Shown: positions 39,921 to 49,193, counted from the first letter of the stretch. The stretch is 64,000 bases of DNA from Candidatus Poribacteria bacterium (GCA_965208675.1 OZ242351.1:1728001-1792000); one strand, 5' to 3'. Numbers and translations are program-made. Notes: a model not told the origin generated them from the letters alone.

Positions 39921-40155
39921 TCTCCAAAACGCAACAATATAGCCGCCACGGCAACAATATGTTCGTTGCATTTTGTTTTTCGAAATTCCCACCGAGAGCC
40001 AAAGAATACCCTGGCTAAGAACCCAAATCGACACTGTCCCGATATTATCCCGTCATATCCCGCTGCAACGCCACAAACCCTTGCCCCGTCCGCATCCAAG
40101 CGATCTATTTTTCAACCCTATCCGCCCAACAATCTCGGTAACCTCCCACTCCGCC

Positions 40156-40184
40156 TTGACAACCGCTAAATCTCTCGGTATACT
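40156..40184 (+). promoter_or_regulatory. sigma70 promoter TTGACA-17-TATACT, giving a near-leaderless transcript
   Basis: The -10 box ends 9 nt before ATG 40194; there is no RBS. Confidence 0.7.
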
Positions 40185-40193
40185 AATATCATC

Positions 40194-40727
40194 ATGGTAC
40201 ATTTAGATATTCGATTCAGCGAATCGGATATCGACTTCACCATTGAGCGATTTGCTTACTATGGCGAAGGAAAAGCTAATGCGAAGCGCGTCATCAGTGA
40301 TGTATGTCAGTATTTTGGGATCGAAGACAATGCCAGCAATCATAAATTATTATCTAATAAAGTTCGTACCTTCAATCCCAACCGAAAAGACTGCGCAGCG
40401 CATTATCGGAGTCGTTACCTTATGAAACGCAATCACATTCTTACCCACAGATACGAACCCGACAGAATTTTTTCGCAGCAATTACATGCACTCTTATTTG
40501 TTGCTTTCAAGGTTCTGTCTGAAGAGATGACGCCTCCCCTCGCGCTCAAACTCATTGAAGCCCAATTCCGATTCGCGATCGACAATAAAAATATAAACTT
40601 TCAGGAAAGAATTGAACGGCAATGCCTAGCCGCCGACACGGGAGATAGCGCATTTCTAAATGGAAAGACGGAGCCGGATTCGCGGAAACCGCAGTCGGTT
40701 TCTGAAAATCCATCGCGCATACCATAG
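40194..40727 (+). CDS. Putative small terminase-like protein (resembles DUF2280)
   Basis: Overlaps the large terminase gene upstream. The F.IE.FA.Y ... V...FGIE ... V..FNP pattern is recalled from DUF2280. Confidence 0.55.
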   Translation: MVHLDIRFSESDIDFTIERFAYYGEGKANAKRVISDVCQYFGIEDNASNHKLLSNKVRTFNPNRKDCAAHYRSRYLMKRNHILTHRYEPDRIFSQQLHALLFVAFKVLSEEMTPPLALKLIEAQFRFAIDNKNINFQERIERQCLAADTGDSAFLNGKTEPDSRKPQSVSENPSRIP

Positions 40728-42474
40728 TGTACGCGCGCCGTCCGCCATCAAAAGAACTAAAGAGGAACAGGACATCTATCTCCGCGGTTTTGAAGATGTC
40801 CTCTTCTTTGCCAAGCACCACTTTCCCAATGTGTTTACGGTGGAGTGCGGTCCCCATGCGTCTCCTATTCTGAACTGCATTCCTTCCGGTGAGCGAGGAC
40901 GGCGCGTCAATATCATTGCGCCCAGAGGTTGCGGCAAAAGCACCTACATCGCCGTAATCTACGTGCTGTACTGCGTCTACTACAAAGACGAGTACGAACG
41001 GCGCGGCTTAATGCCCGATAGCTTCATCGTTATCCTGTGCGGTACCGAAGACCTCGCCACGGCACGGCTGGGCGACATCCGAGACAAAATCGAGGACGAT
41101 CCCAACTTCCGCCATCTCAAAGGAAACGGCAAGTGGAGTGCGGACCAGCTCGATACCGCAAACGGAGTATGCCTAATTCCCGTCGGACGGCACGGACGAA
41201 TCCGCGGCGAACTCAAGGATCTCGCAAGACCGACGCTAATTATCCTTGACGATGTCGAAGACAGCGAGGAAGTCCAAAACCCCCGTCTCCGCGATAAAAA
41301 CTGGAAATGGTTCAACGAAGATGTCATGCCTGCCGGCAGAATCGACGGCAAGACAAACTTCATCCACGTCGACACCGTAATGCACGAGGAAGCCATCTCT
41401 AAGCGTCTGCAACTTCTGCCCGACTGGCACACCTTGTTCTACCGTTCTATTGAACACCCCCGAGACCTCCGCCACCCGACCGCCGAGCCGTTATGGGAAG
41501 AGTGGGAGAAAATGTATGCGGACATGTCGATCGAAAAAGACGAGCGTGACCGCCGGGCAAACGCATTTCTTGAAGAACACAAGAATGAAATGCTGGATGG
41601 CGTCCAAGAACTCTGGCCGGAAATGCTCTCCTACACCTACATCCGGCGGCTCATCTGCAACGAAGGTTACATTTCCGTCATGCGCGAGCGTCAAAACTCG
41701 ACCCGCGACCCCTCAAAAGAAATCTTCAACATGGAAAAAGCCGTTCGCTTCAACATCACGCCCGACGGACTCTTGCGAAGCGACGGGCGGCTAGTCCTAT
41801 GGAGCGACATCGCTGGCGGTAAAGTTTTCCTCGACTGGGCTGGCGGAAAGGACGCTTACGATTCCTGCTACGCCGCCGGTGTGTTCGTCCTGTGGGAACC
41901 GCTGCCTCAAGCGAATATGAGGCAAAAGGGAGAACCGGTTGCCGCGCTCTCGAACACCCACGCCTACGTGCTTGACGTCTGGATGGACAAAGTCCCCGTC
42001 ACGGCCCAGCTCGAGGAGACATTTAAACTCATAAAACGCTGTGTCAGCGCTGTGCCGGCCATTCGATTCGATTCCATCCTGCTCGCAGTCGAGGACATTC
42101 CGAAAGACACCGGCAACGCGTTACACACCATGATTTCGCGGGCTTTTAAGGGGGCGCGGGAAAAATACGGCATGAACTCGTTAGTCCGCCTCAAATTCCA
42201 CAAACGAAGTGTCAGGAAGTTGGACCGCATCGCCGCGTTGGAACCGCCTATCGCCAACGGTTGGCTCGTCTTCAATGAGACACTGCCAGAAGTATTTATG
42301 TGCCAGATGCGGCAATTCCCGACCGGCGATTTCTGCGACGGCCCCGATGCCCTGCAAGGCGCGACTGAGTTGCCCATCACGCGCTTCCCCGCTGACAAAC
42401 TGCCGCACGGAATGCCGATGCCGTTCGACGACGATCCGGACGCGTCGATGCACGTTATAAGGAGTTATCTATGA
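40660..42474 (+). CDS. Phage terminase large subunit-like ATPase-nuclease
   Basis: Walker A APRGCGKST, Walker B LIILDDVE, nuclease acidic motifs FLDWA / AVED / FPTGDFCDGPDAL, and K.DRI.ALEP. Confidence 0.88.
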   Translation: MERRSRIRGNRSRFLKIHRAYHSVRAPSAIKRTKEEQDIYLRGFEDVLFFAKHHFPNVFTVECGPHASPILNCIPSGERGRRVNIIAPRGCGKSTYIAVIYVLYCVYYKDEYERRGLMPDSFIVILCGTEDLATARLGDIRDKIEDDPNFRHLKGNGKWSADQLDTANGVCLIPVGRHGRIRGELKDLARPTLIILDDVEDSEEVQNPRLRDKNWKWFNEDVMPAGRIDGKTNFIHVDTVMHEEAISKRLQLLPDWHTLFYRSIEHPRDLRHPTAEPLWEEWEKMYADMSIEKDERDRRANAFLEEHKNEMLDGVQELWPEMLSYTYIRRLICNEGYISVMRERQNSTRDPSKEIFNMEKAVRFNITPDGLLRSDGRLVLWSDIAGGKVFLDWAGGKDAYDSCYAAGVFVLWEPLPQANMRQKGEPVAALSNTHAYVLDVWMDKVPVTAQLEETFKLIKRCVSAVPAIRFDSILLAVEDIPKDTGNALHTMISRAFKGAREKYGMNSLVRLKFHKRSVRKLDRIAALEPPIANGWLVFNETLPEVFMCQMRQFPTGDFCDGPDALQGATELPITRFPADKLPHGMPMPFDDDPDASMHVIRSYL

Positions 42475-42750
42475 TGACTGAATTAACCAACATGTTAGGG
42501 GCTTCAAAAATGAGCATTCTCAACTTATTTTTTCTGGCGCACAACAATGCTCAACGTCCCGAACCCGCTCCCTGTCTAGCGTCGCGCCCATTTTCGCTTA
42601 TTTTCCTATGTCCCAAATACTCAAAAAATAAGCAAATCAAAAATCCCAAATCTACCCCCTCAACCCAACCTACAAGACCCGCAAAAAATCCTCCCCCTTG
42701 CCAAGTTGGAGGAAACATTTTAACCTCCCCCCTTTATAAGGGGGGATTGA

Positions 42751-43189
42751 GGGGGGTGGATTTTTGTCAGGAAGATTAATTGAGCGAATAGCGAAGGATC
42801 AACCGACCGCATAGGGAGGGATCAACTGCGAGAATAGCGAAGACGATAGTTTTTTGTTTGAAACCGAGTTTTTTCTTCAAAACGCGGTTTCTTAAACACA
42901 ATGTTTATGCGCTGTTTTAATCATAGCCCGTCATTTAATCACATGAATCACAGTTCAGACAGTCGCGATTCGGAAATCGCTCCTACAGGGGGGGTGGATT
43001 TTTGTCAGGAGGGATCGACCGGCCGATTAAATAGGGCGATAGTCTTGTTTCTTTTATTTCAAACCGAGTTTTTTCTTCAAAACTCGGTTTCTTTAACACA
43101 ATGTTTATGCACTGTTTTAATCATAGCCCATCATTTAATCATGCGAATCACAGTTCAGACAGTCGCGATTCGGAAATCGCTCCTACAGG
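42751..43189 (+). repeat. Tandem duplication of a composite repeat block (23-bp units, AAACCGAG hairpin, AATC...TCAGACA repeat, reverse GTAG REP)
   Basis: 42861-42989 vs 43061-43189 differ at 7 of 129 positions. There are three 23-bp units in copy 1 (42774-42849) and one in copy 2 (43013-43042). Confidence 0.92.
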
Positions 43190-43251
43190 AAAGGGTTGGT
43201 TGCGGTACGATGAAATTCCGATTCCCGACTCCAAAAACATCAAATTTTGTA

Positions 43252-43293
43252 TTGACACATGTCAAATCATCTTGTATTATATTAAGTAAATAT
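43252..43293 (+). promoter_or_regulatory. sigma70 promoter TTGACA-17-TATTAT + ATTAAGTAAATAT
   Basis: Matches the 36354 promoter. Confidence 0.65.
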
Positions 43294-43380
43294 GGATAAA
43301 GTATTCAGTGGATGGTCAAAAAATTCTGCTCTCCACTGACCAATAATCACTAACCACTGTTTCAATACGGAGAATGTTGC

Positions 43381-43983
43381 ATGTTTAGGATTCAAAATTG
43401 GAAGCAAGCACTCGGTTTAATGGCGCTGGGAAGTGTGTTCACCTTTGTCGGGATGCTGCTGTCTCCAGTCACAGCGCAACGGGATAAGTACGGTGAGATC
43501 GAGTGTACTAAATTAACCATTGTCGATTCCAAAGGAAACGAACGAGTCTTATTGACAAACGAAGGATTCATCAAAATCGAAAATGAAAACGGTACTGTTT
43601 CCTCCATTCGCGGTGGCGACATCCGAACATATTATCTAACGATTGAACAAAATGGTATGCCAATCGCCCGATTAGGACGCGACGACAAAAATTTCGTCGC
43701 CGGAAAATTTACCATTAACAATACACTTGGAGATGAATTGGTGCGTATTGGTCCTTCCCAATATTCTTATAACGCCGGGCACATAACAATTCATGAACAC
43801 GGTATGTCAACGGATAGGCGTGAAGCCAAAACGTTAGATTTCGACGCCGGTAACAGATTAAATCAAATTACCATGACAAAGAAAAACACTCCCAACCAGC
43901 CAATTGTGTCATTGTCAATTCAGGAGTTCGGTACCTCTAAAACCGGTATAGTTCAAGCCGATGAATTTAGGAAAAACCGCTAA
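43381..43983 (+). CDS. Exported hypothetical protein (AQ.DKYG.IEC..L.IVD family)
   Basis: Signal peptide and N-terminal motif shared with 36523; RBS GGAG. Confidence 0.8.
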   Translation: MFRIQNWKQALGLMALGSVFTFVGMLLSPVTAQRDKYGEIECTKLTIVDSKGNERVLLTNEGFIKIENENGTVSSIRGGDIRTYYLTIEQNGMPIARLGRDDKNFVAGKFTINNTLGDELVRIGPSQYSYNAGHITIHEHGMSTDRREAKTLDFDAGNRLNQITMTKKNTPNQPIVSLSIQEFGTSKTGIVQADEFRKNR

Positions 43984-43994
43984 TTCCAATCTAA

Positions 43995-44507
43995 ATGGAG
44001 AATATTCTAATGAAAAAAGGAATGACCGTTGCAAGCGTCGTTTTTGTATCAGTCTTATTCTTCGCGCTGTCTAGTCCCACGTCCAACGAAAAAATTATCT
44101 TTGTCGGTATCCCTAAGATGAAGGTAATCACCACTCCTCCCTCCAAAACCGACCCTATAGAAACATTAACACCAAGAAAACTCAAGGATTCTGAGTCCCC
44201 AGGATATCTTTGCGTTATCAGTAAAATCGGCGACAAATATTATCACAAAAGCAGAGCGGGCAAAGAATTGTTAATGAGTCGAAGTGGCGCGTTTATCACC
44301 TTTAACCGTGCTGACGGACAGCCCGACTATGTCCGATTATGGGATACGACCTTTCCCATAGCCCCCAACCGCGAATCTGACAGATTCCAATACGTTGAAG
44401 TAATCACACAGTTTTTAAGTTCTATTACCTATTGGGGAGAGATTACCGATCCGCCTGACTTCCGCTTATGGAAGTCGTCCATCCCTCAAGGCAACGACTG
44501 GAAATAA
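43995..44507 (+). CDS. Exported hypothetical protein
   Basis: Hydrophobic N-terminus after MKKG; likely start is 44010, behind GGAG. Confidence 0.75.
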   Translation: MENILMKKGMTVASVVFVSVLFFALSSPTSNEKIIFVGIPKMKVITTPPSKTDPIETLTPRKLKDSESPGYLCVISKIGDKYYHKSRAGKELLMSRSGAFITFNRADGQPDYVRLWDTTFPIAPNRESDRFQYVEVITQFLSSITYWGEITDPPDFRLWKSSIPQGNDWK

Positions 44508-44535
44508 AACGCCAGTCGCCGTCGGGTGAAAGAAA

Positions 44536-44901
44536 ATGTCAGATGTAGAGACTTTGCTGCATAAATTGCGAGATTTAACTATAGACGCTGAGCGTGGAGT
44601 TACGGCTCTCCAAGAAAAATTGGAAGACCTATTGAAACAACTTCGGCAGGAATACAAGCAGGGCAAGCTTTCAGACGACATTGTTGAGGAAATAAAATCC
44701 CGCAAGGCTCAAATCCTAGAAATAAATCGGAAGATACATGAAGGTAAATTGAAACCGGAATACAAGCCGAATGCCAACAACAACCTAACTTACTGCCCTA
44801 GGTGTGATTCTAAGGCGCTTAAAGTTTCATATGGGAAATACGGAAAGCAATGGCGAAACTGTTCTGTCTGTGGAAACAGTAATAGAATTGATTTTTTCTA
44901 G
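44536..44901 (+). CDS. Coiled-coil protein with C-terminal zinc ribbon
   Basis: Heptad-rich N-terminus; CPRC...CSVC. Confidence 0.75.
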   Translation: MSDVETLLHKLRDLTIDAERGVTALQEKLEDLLKQLRQEYKQGKLSDDIVEEIKSRKAQILEINRKIHEGKLKPEYKPNANNNLTYCPRCDSKALKVSYGKYGKQWRNCSVCGNSNRIDFF

Positions 44902-44999
44902 AGATTACAAAATGACGTATGCTTCTCTGAAACGAAATCAATCAAATCCTTATAGATGCCGATGCAAACATTTCCTCTCAACAACTTCTTGTGTGTTAG

Positions 45000-45052
45000 G
45001 ATTAACTGAAAGGATTGCTCGGGATCATCCCAATGTATAGTGAGGGCGATAG
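45000..45052 (+). repeat. 23-bp GATCAA units x2 + GCGATAG
   Basis: Units at 45000 and 45023. Confidence 0.75.
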
Positions 45053-45080
45053 TTTTTCGCTATTCCCCACGGCAAAATGC

Positions 45081-45181
45081 GTTGGGTTACGCTCCGCGCC
45101 TCGACTTTTGTGCGTCGTTTGGCTCCAGGAGCGAACGTAAAATTGTGCATCAATTCATACAATCCGCTCAACCCAACCTAC
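45081..45181 (-). repeat. 101-bp GTAG REP-like element
   Basis: GTTGGGTTACGC...CCGCTCAACCCAACCTAC; ends 5 bp before direct repeat copy 2. Confidence 0.85.
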
Positions 45182-45186
45182 AAAAA

Positions 45187-45424
45187 CTACTGACTGGATT
45201 ATCGCGAGGATTTCGGAAACACCACAGCGGATGCAATCTACGCTCAACGGATTGACCCAAACGGCAAATCCCTATGGCCGCTCAACGGCATTCCAATCTG
45301 TACGGCTGATGGGAATCAAATTACGCCGCAAGCCAGCTCCGACGGTAAGGTCGGTGCTTTCATCATTTGGAGCGACGGCCGAACCGATGAACCAGATATT
45401 TACATCCATCGCGCACCGTAAGCA
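45187..45424 (+). pseudogene. 238-bp direct repeat, copy 2: orphan 3' end of the 18471-19904 gene
   Basis: 8 mismatches to copy 1, including TGG>TGA. Confidence 0.92.
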
Positions 45425-45683
45425 TTGAAAGTATTCTATGACTAGATTGCCGGCAGCATTCGATTTAGTTTTAGCCGCTTTAATCAGCCAGAGGATGTGG
45501 AAATCATTGTGGAGAGTATGAGACAGATTCGAGGGTTGGGCTAGCCCAAACTTCCAATACCTTGCTAAATCGCTGTGGATTTACAAGCTGAAGTTGGGGT
45601 TATGGTGGGTAAGAATTCGCTTTCGCAGGCGTTTGCTGGCAACGATAAAGCCTACGAAGTTAGAACCACATTCCGATTACCCG

Positions 45684-47243
45684 CTAAATCAATAAGTCGT
45701 CGCCGATTGGAAAGAACTGGTCGGCGGCGCGAAGCAGATCCATTGATGTATTATGTTCAAAGGCTACAATCTCTATACGCTTCTGCTGTTGCTTTATGGT
45801 TTCAGCAAGTGCGCAAAAATCCCCATCGCCGCTCGCCAGAATGACGACATCCAGAGCGTCCAGCCTTGAAACCACGTCTATCGTGATCCCAACGTCCCAA
45901 TCCCCCTTTGCCGATCCATCCCCGCGCAGCCGCAAATCCTTACTCTTTATGGTATACCCGTTGTGTTCCAGCAGCGACAAGAAACCCGCTTGGTTAATTT
46001 CAGGGATTTGGACGACATACGCATACGCCAAAACCAGTTTTCGGGGACCAACTATGAGGTCGAGAAGCTTAATGTAATCCAGGCGTCCGGCGTACCGGTC
46101 TTTTGCTGCATAGAACATGTTCTGTACATCAACAAAAACCCCGACGGCAGGTTGGTTCTCCGCTATACGCGTACGGGTTCCGCCGCCAATCGCCTGTCTG
46201 TCAACGAAATTGTTTGAGATCCTTTCCTCTTCGTGCGTTATTACGACTCTCGAATTCCTGTGACTCTCCCGCAAATTGGCAAGATTAGCTTGGGGATCCG
46301 AGCGATTCCGACCGATAATTTCCAGACTCCGGTATGCCGCTTTTTCAACGGATTTTAGTTCCAGCGCAAGCTGCGTTCTCTCTGCCTTAAGTTGATGGAG
46401 GTCGCCAAGCTGATTAGAAAGGTTCTGGACATCTTCTCGAAGCGTTATATTTTCATGCTCTAGCTGCTCGCAACGGGATTCAATTTCCTCGTATTGATGC
46501 TGTTCGTGATCCTTTAATTGGCTGATTTCGCCGGCTAACTCTTGGAGTTGTTGTTTAAGTTCACTATTTTCGTGTTGCGACGCCGCCTGTTCACGCTGAA
46601 ATTCATGAATAGTTTGGTGGAGTTCATCAATCTTTGCATTTTGCTCAGAAATCTGGTTTAAGTCAGGCTTAGCAACCGGACTCGTTACCAAAGCCGCGCT
46701 GGCGGCTTCGTCACCTACATCGCGGCTAGACTGGGCATTCTCGACGTCCATATCCGACGCCTCGGCCTCAGATTCTGCCGGTAAGCTGCGAGAATCTACA
46801 TTTTGGCTAGCTTCGTTAGAAAAAGCCTGGGACTGAAGGTGTTGATCGTGCTGCGCAAGCAGCGTGACGCCGTGCTGTTGCACAGCGTCACGCGGATTAA
46901 TCAACAACGCCCAGATCATTGGGCCGAATTCCCCATCGTCCAAGAGCTGCGCCGCGTCTCTCAAGTAAAGCCGTATCTCTTCGACGTTCATGTACTCTAC
47001 CCGGCGCGCTGCGTGTTCCGCCTTTTTTACAAGCGACCAACTCACCAACTTTTCAATTATGGCTTTATCAAAGAATTCCGCCGCTAATGTTTTCGAAAGG
47101 GAATGCAATTCCTCCGATTCACTATGGATACCACATTGCTCTGCCAACGTCGTAATTTCTTGTCCGCTGAAGCAGTCATCAAGAATCCAAGCTAGATGAT
47201 GTGCGGGAATACGTACATTCACCTTTGGATAATCCTGAAACAT
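45684..47243 (-). CDS. NYN (LabA/DUF88, PIN-like) domain protein with long N-terminal and coiled-coil extension
   Basis: C-terminal VFVDVQN, KGDWDVG and SGDGDF; central heptad repeats. Confidence 0.9.
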   Translation of the reverse strand: MFQDYPKVNVRIPAHHLAWILDDCFSGQEITTLAEQCGIHSESEELHSLSKTLAAEFFDKAIIEKLVSWSLVKKAEHAARRVEYMNVEEIRLYLRDAAQLLDDGEFGPMIWALLINPRDAVQQHGVTLLAQHDQHLQSQAFSNEASQNVDSRSLPAESEAEASDMDVENAQSSRDVGDEAASAALVTSPVAKPDLNQISEQNAKIDELHQTIHEFQREQAASQHENSELKQQLQELAGEISQLKDHEQHQYEEIESRCEQLEHENITLREDVQNLSNQLGDLHQLKAERTQLALELKSVEKAAYRSLEIIGRNRSDPQANLANLRESHRNSRVVITHEEERISNNFVDRQAIGGGTRTRIAENQPAVGVFVDVQNMFYAAKDRYAGRLDYIKLLDLIVGPRKLVLAYAYVVQIPEINQAGFLSLLEHNGYTIKSKDLRLRGDGSAKGDWDVGITIDVVSRLDALDVVILASGDGDFCALAETIKQQQKRIEIVAFEHNTSMDLLRAADQFFPIGDDLLI

Positions 47244-47346
47244 GGCTAATCTCCAAAATGTGAGGGGTTAGTTGTAATCATTAATCCACAAGGAAAACAG
47301 AAGGGATTCAGAAAATGATTGATTCTGATAATCTTTTTCATAAAGC

Positions 47347-47769
47347 CTACGCAGATCTCTGCACTCTTGCTGATAACCTCGCACCAATCCACGCCATAGG
47401 CAAATAGGCGCCTACTAAGTCCACAACGACAAACCAAACGGGAGACGGCAGCATCAATGCATTGATACTGCCTAATATCAGAAATAAAACGCCAATCACC
47501 AACGCCATTGTCATCTTGGAAGCAGCAGCTATGATTACTGCGGCAAAAGCGCCGACCAGTGTTCCCAAAGCGTGTGCTACGAACGGGACAATGAAGTGTT
47601 TAAATTCAAAGAGATGCATGCCGGACTTGATGGATTCGACATCTCTCACATCAATACCCGCAGGGGGCGGGATGATTTCGGCGCCCACTATGACCAGTCC
47701 CATATTTACAGCGCTACCTGCGGCGAGGCCTGCAATGACGGCTAGCGCGTTTCTGATTATTGGATTCAT
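47347..47769 (-). CDS. Small multi-pass membrane protein
   Basis: Four hydrophobic segments; PF.AHALGTLVGA. Confidence 0.85.
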   Translation of the reverse strand: MNPIIRNALAVIAGLAAGSAVNMGLVIVGAEIIPPPAGIDVRDVESIKSGMHLFEFKHFIVPFVAHALGTLVGAFAAVIIAAASKMTMALVIGVLFLILGSINALMLPSPVWFVVVDLVGAYLPMAWIGARLSARVQRSA

Positions 47770-47822
47770 AATCGTTACTTCTTAACGCCTTTCGCTCGAG
47801 AAACGGAGAAAATCAGCGAACG

Positions 47823-49139
47823 TTAAATCTTGATTATTTTATCTCGATGATTATCGACTGATTTTGTTGCATTTCGCGAATCTACAACCACATCAGCACA
47901 TTCGACAAGCCAATCGTAATTGATGCTTGAATGATCTGTCATAATCGCGACGCAATCCACCTGACTAATGAGTTCGACGGTCAACTCCTGAGACACATAG
48001 CGGTCCGGAAGATTATCCCCTGTGCTTCCTACGTGAAATTCCGGAACGTAAGGATCGTGATATAGAATTTCACCGCCGCGGCCGGTGAGCAGACGGACCA
48101 AATCAATAGCCGGGGATTCCCGAATGTCTCCCACGTCCTTTTTGTATGCGACACCGATAATCAAAATTTTTGAGCCGTTTACTGCCTTTCGTTGGCGATT
48201 AAGTGCATCAATAACTTTGTCCAACACATATTCTGGCATTGAACTGTTAATTTCGCTGGCAAGTTCAATAAACCGGGCGTAAAACTCATAAGTCTTCGCC
48301 TTCCACGAGAGATGCAACGGATCGACTGGGAGGCAGTGTCCGCCCAAACCGGGTCCGGGGTAAAACGGCATAAATCCAAACGGTTTTGTCGCCGCCGCGT
48401 CAACGATTTCCCAAACATCCAGATTCATACGGTCGCACATCAACGCCATTTCATTCACTAGGCCAATATTGACACTGCGAAACGTATTTTCTAGCAGTTT
48501 GACCATTTCCGCTGTCCTCGTCGAGGAAACCGGATGTACCTCGTTAATAAACTCTTCATAAAAACGCTGCGCAATATTTGTACAAGCGGGGGTTATCCCG
48601 CCGACAATCTTCGGCGTGTTGACCGTCGTGTAGGTTTTATTGCCGGGATCAATCCGCTCGGGAGAAAATGCGAGGAAAAAATCTCGGCCGACCTTTAAGC
48701 CGGTTGACTCAAGCTTTGGCAGGACAACTTCCTCCGTTGTACCGGGATAGGTCGTACTTTCTAGTATTATCAACTGATCTTTATGCAAATACTGCGCAGC
48801 GCGCTCCACCGCTGAAAGAATGAAACTCATGTCCGGATCTTTACTCTTGCGCAACGGCGTCGGAACGCAAATATTGACCGTATCCAAATCTTTCAACGCC
48901 CGATAATCCGTTGTGGCTTGAATCTGCCCACGTTCGACCAAAGGCGCGACGTTCTCTGAAGGCACATCCGGAACGTAGGAAATCCCCTGCTGAATTCGCA
49001 CAACTTTACTGCTGGATGAATCAATCCCCGTCACGGAAAAGCCCGCTTTCGCGATCGCAACCGCGAGCGGCAGACCGACATAGCCAAGTCCGATTACACC
49101 GGCGCGAAGTGTTCGAGCCTCAATCTTTTGTCGAATCAT
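47823..49139 (-). CDS. Nucleotide-sugar dehydrogenase (UDP-GlcNAc/ManNAc 6-dehydrogenase family)
   Basis: Motifs GLGYVG, CVPTP, ESTTYPGTT, SPERIDPG and GGHCLP.DP. Confidence 0.95.
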   Translation of the reverse strand: MIRQKIEARTLRAGVIGLGYVGLPLAVAIAKAGFSVTGIDSSSSKVVRIQQGISYVPDVPSENVAPLVERGQIQATTDYRALKDLDTVNICVPTPLRKSKDPDMSFILSAVERAAQYLHKDQLIILESTTYPGTTEEVVLPKLESTGLKVGRDFFLAFSPERIDPGNKTYTTVNTPKIVGGITPACTNIAQRFYEEFINEVHPVSSTRTAEMVKLLENTFRSVNIGLVNEMALMCDRMNLDVWEIVDAAATKPFGFMPFYPGPGLGGHCLPVDPLHLSWKAKTYEFYARFIELASEINSSMPEYVLDKVIDALNRQRKAVNGSKILIIGVAYKKDVGDIRESPAIDLVRLLTGRGGEILYHDPYVPEFHVGSTGDNLPDRYVSQELTVELISQVDCVAIMTDHSSINYDWLVECADVVVDSRNATKSVDNHRDKIIKI

Positions 49140-49193
49140 ATGCCGTTGAATAAGTTATGTATTGAAAGGCAGTTAAGGATTAGTCATGAATGT

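Larger units (their letters stand above)
19670..45424. mobile_element. Putative ~25.5 kb genomic island delimited by the duplicated gene 3' end
   Basis: Flanking direct repeats, accessory content, an IS, a pseudogene and a terminase; all genes are co-oriented. No integrase inside. Confidence 0.65.

Noticed and set aside
42774-42849. 23-bp units or REP elements as a CRISPR array
   Set aside because: The units are contiguous without spacers, degenerate and at most three per locus. No cas genes are present.
42471-43299. ORFs 42471-42779, 42901-43299 and 43101-43289
   Set aside because: They are translations of intergenic repeat blocks and are not portal-like.
39900-45000. Prophage
   Set aside because: Only terminase-like genes are present; no portal, capsid, tail, lysis or integrase was recognised.
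23031-45052. Classic integron attC sites
   Set aside because: There are no RYYYAAC...GTTRRRY cores with an internal palindrome, and no IntI integrase.
19670-45424. 238-bp repeat pair as DGR template/variable repeat
   Set aside because: The 8 mismatches are not adenine-specific (G/A, C/T x3, A/G, C/A, G/T, T/G), and no reverse transcriptase is in the window.
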